The notes below the pieces were generated by a model. That model was not told the origin of the DNA. It did no database searches and saw nothing but the letters and a program-made list of their open reading frames with translations. A program made the position numbers and the translations under genes. Below, piece after piece: positions 24,718 to 35,183 of a stretch of 64,000 nucleotides of DNA. The first letter of the stretch is position 1; each line of letters opens with the position of its first letter. The DNA comes from Octopus bimaculoides (taxonomy: Eukaryota), in the NCBI RefSeq assembly GCF_001194135.2, contig NC_068982.1:162540026-162604025 (forward strand), written 5' to 3'.

Positions 24718-26284
24718 AATAATAATACAAAAAATATATATGCATGTATACACACATATATGTATATACTTTCATCTACATGTGTATATAGATGCATATC
24801 AGGGTACAGGACGTTAGAACAATGAACTACAGACAACGGAACGAACACATAGGAAAACAGAAAGCCACTTGGAATTATTCATCAGCTGCCTCTATTCTAA
24901 CTCGACGTTTCGAAGATAAGGCAGGACGTACTCTAGAATAGTCTCTTCCTGAGTAGTGGATCAACCAACTAAACAGAGGATTCCAAGGTGGCAAACGTAA
25001 ACCAAGACAGGAAAAATTGGACAGTGAAAACAACATAAAAAAGCCGTACGGCCAAACGCGAATCTGATGTAGAACGCTAGTAGTTCGTCTTGCCTTCACA
25101 CCGGCTGGAGTGAAAAGAAAGTTGTATATATATATGCATATACATACATATAAATGTCTGACTGTATTTGTATGTGTGAGTATGTGTATATCTATATAAC
25201 CTGTACTTGTATTCCTTCATTCTCTCTCAGCCATTCCTTGATCAATTGCTGCTAGGACAATGAGACTAAACTTGTACGATTTCTTGCACAGAGCCCCCAC
25301 AACCACCAGCATCACCACTATCATAATAAAAAACTCTACAAGTGGAACCTTTTTTGCAATTACTCAACCTGCTAAAAATAGCAGCCAAATACCCTCAAAT
25401 TGCACACTACTGTTTTCAAAAAAGGTCACACTGGACAATACCACCCTACATACTTTCAAAATGGAGAGATGGCCATGGTGGGAATGTCTTTAACTATAAG
25501 TCAGTTCAATTCAAGCTGACCTGGAATTAAACAACAACAATCTATTTTCTCAATCCTCTCTACCCACCCATGTTATATTATTCCTGTGTTTCATCTTTCT
25601 ATTATTCCACAAATGTATAAATACTTGTCTGTTCTTCCTCTCTTTTTTTTCTACCAGGAGCAAAACCATTTGTTATAGCTGCTGTCAAGTCCCTGTTTGG
25701 TTACATGCCCAAAGAAATCTCACTACTCTATTTCCTCATGTACATCAATGCAGCTGGGAATTTAGAAATATTCCTCAACCCAGCAGAATACAATGGTCAG
25801 GAATTTAGGGTAAAGGTAAGACATTTACACCTTTCACAACATTTTCTGTTCTGTTTCTTCAATATTCTGTCTTCTGCTTTCATCTGTTTTTGTTTTATTG
25901 TAATGAATTTTGTTTTCTTCAATTTCCCTCTTGTCACCCTGTTATCTTCTATCTAGCATCTCACTTCATCCTCTGCTATCTTGTCTCCATGACATGTTTT
26001 CTCACTTCCTCTATCTACATTTTCTCTCTCTGTCTTCTATTTATATCACTGTCTGATATATCATGTATTCTTCTGTCCTTTTCCTGTTGTTCAGATGTAT
26101 TCAGTCTCATCAATATTATATTTCCCCCTCCTCCAGTCATTTACAAAGGAGGAGAAGAGTTACATTTAGGTTATTGTTAGCATGTACACTAACTTCTCAA
26201 ACATCCCAGCTTTATATATATGTGTGTGTGTGTGTGTTGGTGTATGTGTGTGTGTGTCTGTCTGTTTCTTTGTCTGTCTGTTTC

Positions 26285-26350
<66 letters not shown>

Positions 26351-27416
26351 NNNNNNNNNNNNNNNNNNNNNNNNNNNNNNNNNNNNNNNNNNNNNNNNNN
26401 NNNNNNNNNNNNNNNNNNNNNNNNNNNNNNNNNNNNNNNNNNNNNNNNNNNNNNNNNNNNNNNNNNNNNNNNNNNNNNNNNNNNNNNNNNNNNNNNNNNN
26501 NNNNNNNNNNNNNNNNNNNNNNNNNNNNNNNNNNNNNNNNNNNNNNNNNNNNNNNNNNNNNNNNNNNNNNNNNNNNNNNNNNNNNNNNNNNNNNNNNNNN
26601 NNNNNNNNNNNNNNNNNNNNNNNNNNNNNNNNNNNNNNNNNNNNNNNNNNNNNNNNNNNNNNNNNNNNNNNNNNNNNNNNNNNNNNNNNNNNNNNNNNNN
26701 NNNNNNNNNNNNNNNNNNNNNNNNNNNNNNNNNNNNNNNNNNNNNNNNNNNNNNNNNNNNNNNNNNNNNNNNNNNNNNNNNNNNNNNNNNNNNNNNNNNN
26801 NNNNNNNNNNNNNNNNNNNNNNNNNNNNNNNNNNNNNNNNNNNNNNNNNNNNNNNNNNNNNNNNNNNNNNNNNNNNNNNNNNNNNNNNNNNNNNNNNNNN
26901 NNNNNNNNNNNNNNNNNNNNNNNNNNNNNNNNNNNNNNNNNNNNNNNNNNNNNNNNNNNNNNNNNNNNNNNNNNNNNNNNNNNNNNNNNNNNNNNNNNNN
27001 NNNNNNNNNNNNNNNNNNNNNNNNNNNNNNNNNNNNNNNNNNNNNNNNNNNNNNNNNNNNNNNNNNNNNNNNNNNNNNNNNNNNNNNNNNNNNNNNNNNN
27101 NNNNNNNNNNNNNNNNNNNNNNNNNNNNNNNNNNNNNNNNNNNNNNNNNNNNNNNNNNNNNNNNNNNNNNNNNNNNNNNNNNNNNNNNNNNNNNNNNNNN
27201 NNNNNNNNNNNNNNNNNNNNNNNNNNNNNNNNNNNNNNNNNNNNNNNNNNNNNNNNNNNNNNNNNNNNNNNNNNNNNNNNNNNNNNNNNNNNNNNNNNNN
27301 NNNNNNNNNNNNNNNNCGGATGTCGGGGCGGAAACCCACGCCAGTTATTGGGCTATTGAAAAAAATGCTCAGAGTTTTATCATGGCTACCAAATAATTGT
27401 CAGATATTATATTTAC

Positions 27417-27467
<51 letters not shown>

Positions 27468-30400
27468 AACTGATTCATCACCCACACAACACACTAATCT
27501 TTCACTTCTAACTATTCCATAACTGTTTCAACAACCACACAACATATTAATATTTCACATATTACAGAAAAGTTCAAAGGAAGTTTTAATAAATTCAGTT
27601 GCCACAAAAAGTGTAGAATCTAATTCTTCAGCCCTTGCTCTTTGTCAGAGAATGAGAATGTGAGAGAGAGAGTAGTGCTGTTGTTTTTGTGTTGTAGGCA
27701 AACATAAAAATCTCCACTCCTCATGAGAAATGGAATTCTCAAACTCTCTTATGGCCCTATGGATTAGGTTACTATATCACAGGTTACTATATTTTCTGAA
27801 TTTTTACTTTATATCACATATCTCCTAAATGTCTCACCACTCACAGTATTCTAATCTCGTACAAATTATGGCTCTGTTTCAGGGAGGACTTTACCAATTA
27901 TCAAAGATGTTAAAAAAGTATATTGGAAAAAAGAATGTTGTCTTAAACTGTCCAGTGACCCACATAATCCAGGTAAAACCCATTAACAATAAAATGGATA
28001 GGAAGTGGTAAAAGAAGTTGAGATTTCAGTTCACTGTAATGTGTTTATTGTTAAAAAGATATCAGACACAACAGTCCAGTAGAGAACAACAGGGTAAAGG
28101 AAATCAAAGTCTTTTCATAAAGTGACATAGTTGTTGACTGTTGTTGGAATGTGAAAATATGAGTGTGAGAGAGAGAGGGAGAGGGAGAGACAGACAGACA
28201 GAGAGAATGGAATCCAAGTGTCAGCTTCCATAGATTTTAAAATTTTAAATCAGTAGATTAACGCAGGTAGCTTGGCCACAGAATCTCATTGTTAATGAGT
28301 TAAGCTGTCAAAAAAAAAAAAAAAAACCCCTAGCTAAATATCAGATAGCAACTGACATGAAGTTGGCTGTAATCATTTCTGTTTTCCTCCCTACTTGCTG
28401 TCTTGGTGAAGGAGCTTATATTAGGGTTGACTGAGTTGCAACCAACAACCTTGGCTGATCAGTTCAATACTGAAATCATCAGTTCTGAAGAAAATTTATT
28501 GAGTCTCAGTGATTAGCTTTATGTTGATATCATTACTCTATCTGATGAACAGTTGAAAAAGCCAATCTGATATGTCCATTTGTTTAGTACAAAATGTCCT
28601 AACTGAAAAAAAACAAGTTCCAGTTCCCAAATTCAGGCAGTGACTTTCTGTAACTGCAAACCAGGTAATCCATAACCCCAGTAAGACCCATTTACCTTTT
28701 AATTTATGGCTGGTTCAATCTGGTGAACATATCTTACCTCGTTAATCTTTAGTTTTTATTAACATGACATTGTTTTTCTTTAGCTCTAAGTCTGTGCATG
28801 TCATAGTGGGTGATACCACTCTCTTTTAGAAGCACTGACTAGTAGTGATTAATTTTATAGGGGTATAAGGGACAGAGGGGAGCAGTAACAGTGATTGATG
28901 CATCTACTATTTTTAGTCTTTGTTTCCAATTTAAATATTAACTTTTAAAAGCATTTTAAATGCAACATTATAACAGACTAATTTTTAACCATAATGTATT
29001 TCAACTGAAATAAAATCTAAATGTTTTTCCTCTACTTCTTATCCTATTGCATTGCCACAAATTCTATAATGATGCTATCCAGTCTTCCAAAGAAAAAGTC
29101 ATGATTGTCACAGAGAAACGTTTACAAGTGAATTGCAGTCGAGTAATCTTAGCAATTCCTCCTCACCTTTCAGGTAGTAACAATATTTACCTATTCCATT
29201 TTATTCTTCACCAATGTCTTAATTTGTCTACATATGAGTTAGTTGGCTTACACAAGATTTTCGATTTCATAGCAACGGTTGTATATGTGTATTTAAATAC
29301 AATATGAACTTTGTGCATATGTGTCAGATATAAAAATGTGTGTTTATGTATGTTTGTAAGTTATAGATTCTGTGTTTGTGTGCGTGTGTGTGTGTGTGTG
29401 TAGGATACATAGTATTTGCTGTTTGTGCTTATATGTAAAATATATACATAATGTGTGACTGACAGACAAAGATGTATGTCAATGTGAATCAGAATTTTTT
29501 TTTGTTTTACAGCCAAAATCCACTTTAGCCCTGATTTACCATCCACTAAACTAACTGTTCTAAAGAACGTGCCACTTGCTTTTATCATCAAGTTTTGTAT
29601 CACTTATGAAGAGGTAAGACAAACCAATATTAACTAAATAATAAGTTTAATAATTTCAAATGCCATGAGGATTGAAGAATGTAACATTTTGGGAGCTCTT
29701 GCCCTATGTCAGACCATGGAAAACAGAAAGTTAGGCATAATGTTCAGTATACAATTGCTTCACTACTTACACCACAATATTGTATTACAATGTTCAGTAC
29801 ACTAGTGTTTCACACTACTCATACCACACCTACTCACATTATACTGCTGTTCAGTACTATACAAATGTTTCACTACTTACAGTACAACCAATGCTATATC
29901 ACTGTTTTGTAATGTTCATCATTGTATTGTTATGTTCAGTACACTTCCTGCATCATAAGGTTCAGTACAGTGCTATCACTGCCAACTATACTCAACATCC
30001 TGTTATCAGCACTACATTGCTTTATCTGCTCTCTTTTATTTTAAAGACAAATTATCCATTTGTACTTTATACTTGTCATCTCGCCTCATCTCGTTAATAT
30101 AATTTATTCTAAAACTTTTACCAAAATAAGTAAACTGAGCTTGGTTGAACTGACTTAGATGAAAAAAGATATGGCTAATTTCAGAATGGAAGATATAGAA
30201 ATGTCTTCTTTAAACTAGCCTTTTGATAATGACTTGGTGTTTATTTTGTTTCATAGGCTTTCTGGAGCAAAAATTCTACAGATAAATCAAGATATGGCTT
30301 CCAAAGTATGATTGAAGAAGCAGAACATGGTGCCATTGGAGTTGTGTATGACGGAACCTCGGCGAAAGGCTACCCAGCATTAGTTGGATTTGTTTCAGTT

Positions 30401-33400
30401 AATCGAGGAAGTGTGGGAGAAGAGAAAAACGTGAGTTATATCCCTTCAACTAGTTTTAAGTTGCTAAACAAAACGATTAACCTGTGTGCAACAAGCTAGC
30501 AGAATAGCCTCAAAGTGTAAACTCAGTTTTATAGAAATAGTAACCAAATTCCTTCATCTTAAGAAAAAAAAGTATGATTTGGAAGGACTCCCTAGATAAT
30601 AGACTCTGGAGTACTCTATCCCTAAAAAAGAAAGGATTGTTACAGCTACAATGCCCTTAATTGTAAGTCTGCTTGACCTGGGGCTAAATAACAATGAAGA
30701 CAATGGCTTGTTCAAACATCATTTCTTAAATAAAGTGTTGCAGTTTATCATATAAATACACATTATTGAAATGTTATCATGATGAAATTTATGAATTTTG
30801 GATATATTTTGTAATATTCTTAACAGGACATGATTGGCTTAATTTTATACAGTCTGAATTGCAAAAGTTAAAGTTTTATTGATTCATTGACACACACCAA
30901 CCACACCAACATATGGTTGCTAATGCCAAATGGACTTAGGTACAGTTGCATAATTAAGATGTTTCCTACTCAACTACATGCTTTTCGGTTCAATCCTACC
31001 ACTGGGAACATTATACAAGTGTCTTCTACCATAGCCTTGGAGTCAACCAAAGCTTTATGAGTAAAATTTGGTAGACAGAAACTGTGTGCAAGCTCATCAG
31101 AAAGACAATTCCTATTCATGTGTAGCAGACTTAGTCTGTCATCAGCTTAACACCCACATGGTCCTCATGTGTGGTTAGCAGATTACTTTTGTAGCAAGCA
31201 TTTGAGTTAGGTCTCCAGTTTGAGGATAACTTCCTTCTTCCAATTACCATTTTTGATGGAGTCTGTGAAAATGGTCATGGGCACTACCTTTAATGTTTTT
31301 AAGACATGTAAAAAAAAAAATTAAATGTTAATATGTTAATTAAGTTATAGGATGAGACAGGTTATTTAGCCATCTTAACTTTGATATCATTTATTGTATT
31401 TTACTTTCAGCCAGAAGACAGACAAGTTATCTTATTGAATATTTTAGAGACTTACTTGGGACAAGATGTACGAGATTTCCTTGAATTTCAACAGAAGGAC
31501 TGGTCAACTGAACCCTACAATGGAGGCTGCTTCCTCAAATACCTTGTGCCAGGATCAACACGATATTTTAATCAAGAATTACGAGAACCATTTGATAGGT
31601 AACTCACCTGGTTTTTTTTTATTAAAAAAAGGAAAAGATGTGTGTTGTTTGTAAAGAGGTAAGTACCTAACTCACATGGAAATAGATGAAACTGGATGAA
31701 AAAGTCATTAGGAAGATACTAGGGACAGAAGAACATCATATTCATACTTTCTTTATGCTATAAAGCCTATATTTCACCACTTTTGTAAATTCCAATTTTA
31801 AATTATACTATAATTTCCAAGAACTAAAGCTGTGACACATTAGTTATGATATGATACTACTGGTCTTACAAGATAACATGGCATATTAATGTTCCTAAGT
31901 TACAATTTAGGACATCATAACATATTACTAAGTCTAAGATATGACACACTGTTGCTTTGACTATATTTGTATTAGTGTAGAAATGTATGTCTCAATTGTC
32001 CACAACTTGCACTGATACTACCACAACCATGCTCCTCTGAACTAGCATACCTCCCCCATTCAGGTCTACCTGACATACTCTTTCTCTTATCAACTCTACT
32101 GTGTCTCACTTTGCAGATCGCACACTAAGTACTTTATCCTGTCCTTCCAACCAGAGTAGTACTCTATGCAGCACACACCTTACTCATATTTTTCCTATAG
32201 ATGATTAAACTGAGTATTAGTTACATTTATCTGAACAATCTTAGTGAACCTGTAAAGATCATAGTCACTTCTCTTACAATTAGCCCTTAAAGAAACAAAG
32301 ATAGATTGTGTCCTTAGATTTTACATACCTCCTCCCCTCACTGATAAAGTTAATTCTCAGTCTTAACTTCTCTAGAAATTTGCCAGTAAGGCAAACTTGA
32401 GAGCATAAGTATGTTAATAACCCAACCTGAATATACACACCTGATCTTTTTATTATATAAATAATACTGCCTGAGTATATACACCTGATGTTGAATATTT
32501 AGCCAACACAACCTAAATGTACACACCTGAGATTTATGAAATTAGCAATACAGCCTGAATATATTAGGGGTTCAGAAAATAGTTGCATTTTTTCACCACT
32601 ATGAAATATGAATCAACCAATGATATCAGAGCCAAGGTTGAATGGGTGGAAACTGTCTAGATAATAGTACACCATCTCTTCTACCCAGCAGTGTATCATA
32701 GTTATTTCAGTAATTAACCCCATGGAGGATAAGAACTTTATAAAACAACATATTCATCATTGCTTACTGTATGAGTTTTGAAAGAAAAATATAGCTACAG
32801 AAGCAATGGAAAACATTGTGAAGTGTATCCAGATGCAGTGAAAGCTTGTACATGTCAGCTGTGGTTTAAAAAGTTTAAAGATGGTGATTGTGACATATCC
32901 AACAAGCCTCACTCTGGAAGATGACCTTTTAACTGAAGCTATTACATTGGATCTATGTCAAAGCTTCAGAGATTTAGCACAAAAATTTAATATGTCATGT
33001 TCAACTATCTACAAACACCTCTAGCAAATTGGGAAAGAGAGAACTTGGGTTCCACTTGAGCTTACGCTTGAGAACCGAACACAATATTCTGCCATCTGCA
33101 ACAGTCTTCTAACCAGGAATAACAAGCTGCATTTCTGCAGTGCATTGTTACAGGTGATGAAAAATGAGTTTTGCATCACAACAGAAAAGGAAAAAGACAA
33201 AGGTTATCACGTAATGAGAGGCTAGTGCCAACACCAAAACTAGAACTCCATCCACAAAAATCCTTGCTCCATGTTTGGTGGAACATGAAAGACATCGTCC
33301 ATTACAAGCTACTGGAACATGGAAGGACCATCAATGCAGATGTTTATTGCCAACAACTTGATCATGTAAATGAAAAATTACATCAAAAGTAGCCAGCTTT

Positions 33401-34589
33401 GATAAACAGAAAAGGTGTTATTCTCGAGCATAAAGCCAAGAAAAATAAGATCGTTAGGATGAGAAGTACTTCCACACCCTCCATACTCACCTGACTTAGT
33501 ACCTACAAATTTCCATCTGTTCAAATCACTAGAACATTTTGCAAGAGGCAAAACATTCAGAAACAGAGAGTAAGTTGAAAGTAGACTTTCAGGCTTTATT
33601 TCAGGAAAAGAAATAGGTTTCTTTGAACATGGCAGAAAAAAGTTACTTTCCTGTTGGGCTGCAGTCATTGAAAATGATGATGATTACATTCCTGATTAAA
33701 ACTATTCAGATAAACATAGTTTACATTGATTTTTATATCATTTCTAGTAAAACACAATTACTTTCTGAACACCCTAATATATACTGACACAGCCTAACTA
33801 TACACACTTGATTTAAAGAACAGTTTCATGAATGTACTACTTTCTTTTACAGAGTACATTTTGCTGGAAGTGAAACAGCAACAGTTTGGTGTGGTTTCAT
33901 GAATGGTGCCATTCAATCAGGATTTAGAGCTGCAAGAGAGGTACGTTTATTCTTTTATTCCTCTTTTGACAGAATTATGCTAGTTCATTGTTCCTCTTCT
34001 AAAACAGAAGAATATTAATTATTTAGTTCTCCTCTGTAACAGTAGAAGCATATTACTTATTTATTCTTTCTCTAAAATCATAATCTTTATTTTAAAATTT
34101 ATCTAAGCTTGAAAGTTCATTGGATCTTGAGTAACTACTGATTCTCCCATGAAAAGTTGTCAAGTGATGAAATCTCTCTGCAAACAGATTTAATCAGATG
34201 GAAGTGTGTGTGAGTGTGGAAGGATGTGTGTATGTGTGTGTGAGAGAGAAAGAGAGATAGAGTGTGATCTAATTACCCCAGTGCTACATTATTCACCAAA
34301 GCATCTATGAAATGTCTAGATAACACAATATACTTCATATTCTACATATCTTCCTGGAATATGTGCCAATATATGTTAATGTTGATTTCTCTTCCAGGTT
34401 CTCCAGAATCTCAGACCAAATCTATTAACAGATGGCATTGAAAAAGAGGTTTGCAGATATCATAGCCACACTCCATTAAAACGTTGGTCCAAAAACTGGA
34501 TTGCTGCTGGAATTGGTATTGGATGTTTCACAGCAATATATATGATAACTCAAAGGAAACAAATACAACCTGCTTTAATATTAATATAA
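7896..34589 (+). CDS. MAO: Flavin-containing monoamine oxidase-like protein, complete 12-exon gene, 516 aa
   Basis: Manual splicing: join(7896..8013,19160..19250,21002..21143,23640..23757,25658..25815,27883..27972,29083..29173,29513..29613,30257..30430,31411..31598,33853..33940,34398..34589) = 1551 nt, open, all GT-AG, phases consistent. Motifs: [14 protein letters not shown] (GxGxxG), [76 protein letters not shown]-terminal hydrophobic tail. Family assigned by recognition of MAO-A/B motifs; orthology not tested. Confidence 0.93.
9830..10002 (-). mobile_element. SINE family A copy
   Basis: gaaaggcaaagtagatcttggtggaatttgaacccagaac...ttctgccagttcgc. Confidence 0.75.
10560..10700 (-). mobile_element. 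SINE family A copy (partial)
   Basis: gattacatcgacccc...ccccgaaaggatgaaaggtaaaatcgacctc. Confidence 0.75.
11660..11900 (-). mobile_element. SINE family B tail half
   Basis: gaccatgctggagcatcgcctttagtcgaacaaatcgacccc...ctaagttacggggacgtaaacac. Confidence 0.75.
12254..12637 (-). CDS. Unidentified acidic 127-codon open frame antisense in MAO intron 1 (possible terminal exon or mobile/viral-derived gene fragment)
   Basis: Stop-free frame VDDDVPSAC...GYIDEYIDE*, visibly more GC-rich than its flanks and not low-complexity. The ORF-track M is a TTG; the frame is preceded by an acceptor-like ttttttcatgcttatttgcag. No family recognised. Confidence 0.4.
   Translation of the reverse strand: MDDDVPSACPDVVLPTVEETTPTLEDEELLTFFYKGGEVGKIVEEYKETVDMAYTWDPEWPPQIAVEVIRFSMREKLKRFKEECRIWPGGPNMTYALYMNEAWEMAGYGNSSGIEDNEGYIDEYIDE
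13190..13785 (+). mobile_element. Older degenerate RTE 3' fragment with tail
   Basis: Decayed RGRPRKTW-like segment, ggcatccagctgtagaaac, (GAT)n tail at about 13755-13780. Confidence 0.7.
14190..14940 (+). mobile_element. Degenerate RTE reverse-transcriptase fragment
   Basis: MRALSKAF antisense frame; sense frame reads like [32 protein letters not shown], later an HQxLVLSxLLF-like motif. Confidence 0.65.
17430..17680 (+). repeat. Degenerate minisatellite of about 21 bp (tccaagctacaacagtct)
   Basis: Recurrent ccaagctaca units. Confidence 0.65.
17868..18542 (+). mobile_element. SINE family B interrupted by an RTE 3' fragment
   Basis: Head 17868-18015 (ccttgggcaagtgtcttctact), microsatellite, RTE 18081-18345, tail 18345-18542. 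Confidence 0.75.
18081..18345 (+). mobile_element. RTE 3' end fragment inserted inside a SINE
   Basis: aaaagcacccactacactc...gcagacgttaaacgatgatgatg. Confidence 0.85.
19160..19250 (+). CDS. MAO: MAO-like exon 2 ([30 protein letters not shown])
   Basis: tttcag acceptor, AG|GTGAGT donor, RVGGRT and DLGG motifs. Confidence 0.93.
19318..19488 (+). mobile_element. SINE family B head fused to an RTE fragment
   Basis: ggtaagaagtttcttcccagc...ttgggcaagtgtcttctact...ggtagatggaaactgaaagaa, then (GT)n, then RTE. Confidence 0.75.
19489..20243 (+). mobile_element. RTE RT C-terminus plus partial 3'UTR (MAO intron 2)
   Basis: [14 protein letters not shown]...[20 protein letters not shown]; short N gap; no tail. 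Confidence 0.88.
20795..20970 (+). repeat. Minisatellite of about 19 bp (tactgacccagtga) upstream of MAO exon 3
   Basis: Repeated tactgac/tactaac-cagtga units. Confidence 0.75.
21002..21143 (+). CDS. MAO: MAO-like exon 3 ([18 protein letters not shown]...[18 protein letters not shown])
   Basis: tttttcag acceptor, AAG|GTAAGT donor, phase fits exons 2 and 4. Confidence 0.88.
22748..23568 (-). mobile_element. Young RTE 3' fragment (MAO intron 3), partly duplicated across an N gap
   Basis: ORF 23247..23564 (-) [49 protein letters not shown]; tail at 22748. Confidence 0.9.
23640..23757 (+). CDS. MAO: MAO-like exon 4 (LRYLRNKF...[21 protein letters not shown])
   Basis: gtttcag acceptor, G|GTTTGT donor; aligns to MAO AEEWDNMTMKELLDKLCWT; supplies the needed phase 0 to 1 change. 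Confidence 0.85.
23935..24062 (-). mobile_element. Short RTE 3'UTR fragment
   Basis: accggatggctgcaccaggctccaatctgatctggcagagtttctacagctggatgcc. Confidence 0.75.
25658..25815 (+). CDS. MAO: MAO-like exon 5 ([34 protein letters not shown]...NGQEFRVK)
   Basis: polypyrimidine tract plus ccag acceptor, AAG|GTAAGA donor; matches EVSALWFLWYV...GGQERKF. Confidence 0.92.
26351..27316. other. Assembly gap (N run); other gaps near 9347, 10455, 49453 and 61284
   Basis: Runs of n, several flanked by microsatellites or RTE copies. Confidence 0.99.
27883..27972 (+). CDS. MAO: MAO-like exon 6 ([30 protein letters not shown])
   Basis: tttcag acceptor, CAG|GTAAAA donor; matches GGSGQVSERI...VKLERPVIYIDQ. 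Confidence 0.9.
29083..29173 (+). CDS. MAO: MAO-like exon 7 ([30 protein letters not shown])
   Basis: VILAIPP motif, G|GTAGTA donor; acceptor atccag has a weak pyrimidine tract, so the 5' edge is less certain. Confidence 0.82.
29513..29613 (+). CDS. MAO: MAO-like exon 8 ([34 protein letters not shown])
   Basis: ttttacag acceptor, GAG|GTAAGA donor; KIHFxPxLP and the conserved Lys (MAO-B K296 equivalent). Confidence 0.93.
30257..30430 (+). CDS. MAO: MAO-like exon 9 (AFWSKN...[29 protein letters not shown])
   Basis: tcatag acceptor, AAC|GTGAGT donor; FW, D-x-T and ALVGF motifs. Confidence 0.9.
31411..31598 (+). CDS. MAO: MAO-like exon 10 (PEDRQVILL...[20 protein letters not shown]...LREPFD)
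   Basis: tttcag acceptor, AG|GTAACT donor; covalent-FAD GGC motif. Confidence 0.94.
32564..33777 (+). mobile_element. Full-length defective mariner (Tc1/mariner, DD34D-type) transposon in MAO intron 10
   Basis: TIRs ttagggg-ttcagaaaatagttg / caattactttctgaacaccctaa, TA target duplication (32562-63, 33778-79), 1214 bp. Disrupted transposase with [34 protein letters not shown] and [10 protein letters not shown] motifs. Confidence 0.92.
33853..33940 (+). CDS. MAO: MAO-like exon 11 ([30 protein letters not shown])
   Basis: ttttacag acceptor, GAG|GTACGT donor; FAGxETA...GA motif. Confidence 0.95.
34398..34589 (+). CDS. MAO: MAO-like exon 12, terminal, with hydrophobic tail anchor
   Basis: cttccag acceptor; VLQNLRP...[21 protein letters not shown]...LILI-TAA. 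Confidence 0.87.
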   Translation, partial: VLQNLRPNLLTDGIEKEVCRYHSHTPLKRWSKNWIAAGIGIGCFTAIYMITQRKQIQPALILI

Positions 34590-34774
34590 CTTGAAGCATT
34601 TTATTAATCTTGGCTAAAACAATGCAACACACTTTTAGAAATTGTCTAACGACTGTATCACTATTAAACACAAAAAGGAAAGATGGTGGATGACACAACA
34701 GTAGCACATTGACGAAAATGCCTGGTGGTGTTTATTTAAATCTCTTCACATATGAACTTTTAATACTATGTTTC

Positions 34775-34985
34775 ATCTTTTGTTTCGCTGAGACCATGCT
34801 GCAGTGCATTGTTACAGGTGATGGCCTTAAAGAATTTTAGTTGAGTGGATTGACACCAGAACTTATTTCATTTTTTGGATTATTCTATCAGTCTCTCTTG
34901 CCAAACCACTAAGTTATGGGATGTAAACATACCAATACGGGTTGTCAAGCAGTGGTAGGGGACAAACACAGACACAAAGAGACAT

Positions 34986-35021
<36 letters not shown>

Positions 35022-35183
35022 GTATACAACGAACTTCCTTCAGTTTCTGTCTAGCCAATCCACTTACAAGGCTTTGGTCAGCCTGAGGCTATAGTAGAAT
35101 ACACTTGCCCAAGGTGTCACACAGTGAGTGAACCTGGAATCATGAGGTTGGGAAGCAAACTTTTTACCATGCAGCCATGCCTG
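34775..35183 (-). mobile_element. SINE family B, near-complete, just downstream of the MAO stop codon
   Basis: Tail, microsatellite and head in minus orientation. Confidence 0.78.

Noticed and set aside
25231-25493. Candidate extra MAO exon after tctctctcag ([11 protein letters not shown]...)
   Set aside because: All three frames stop shortly after the acceptor, there is no MAO similarity, and the gene is complete without it
26063-27511. Very long ORFs (335-482 aa) in the ORF track
   Set aside because: They are artefacts of translating N gaps and microsatellites; the same applies to the ORFs at 10385-10665, 49265-49894 and 61156-61798
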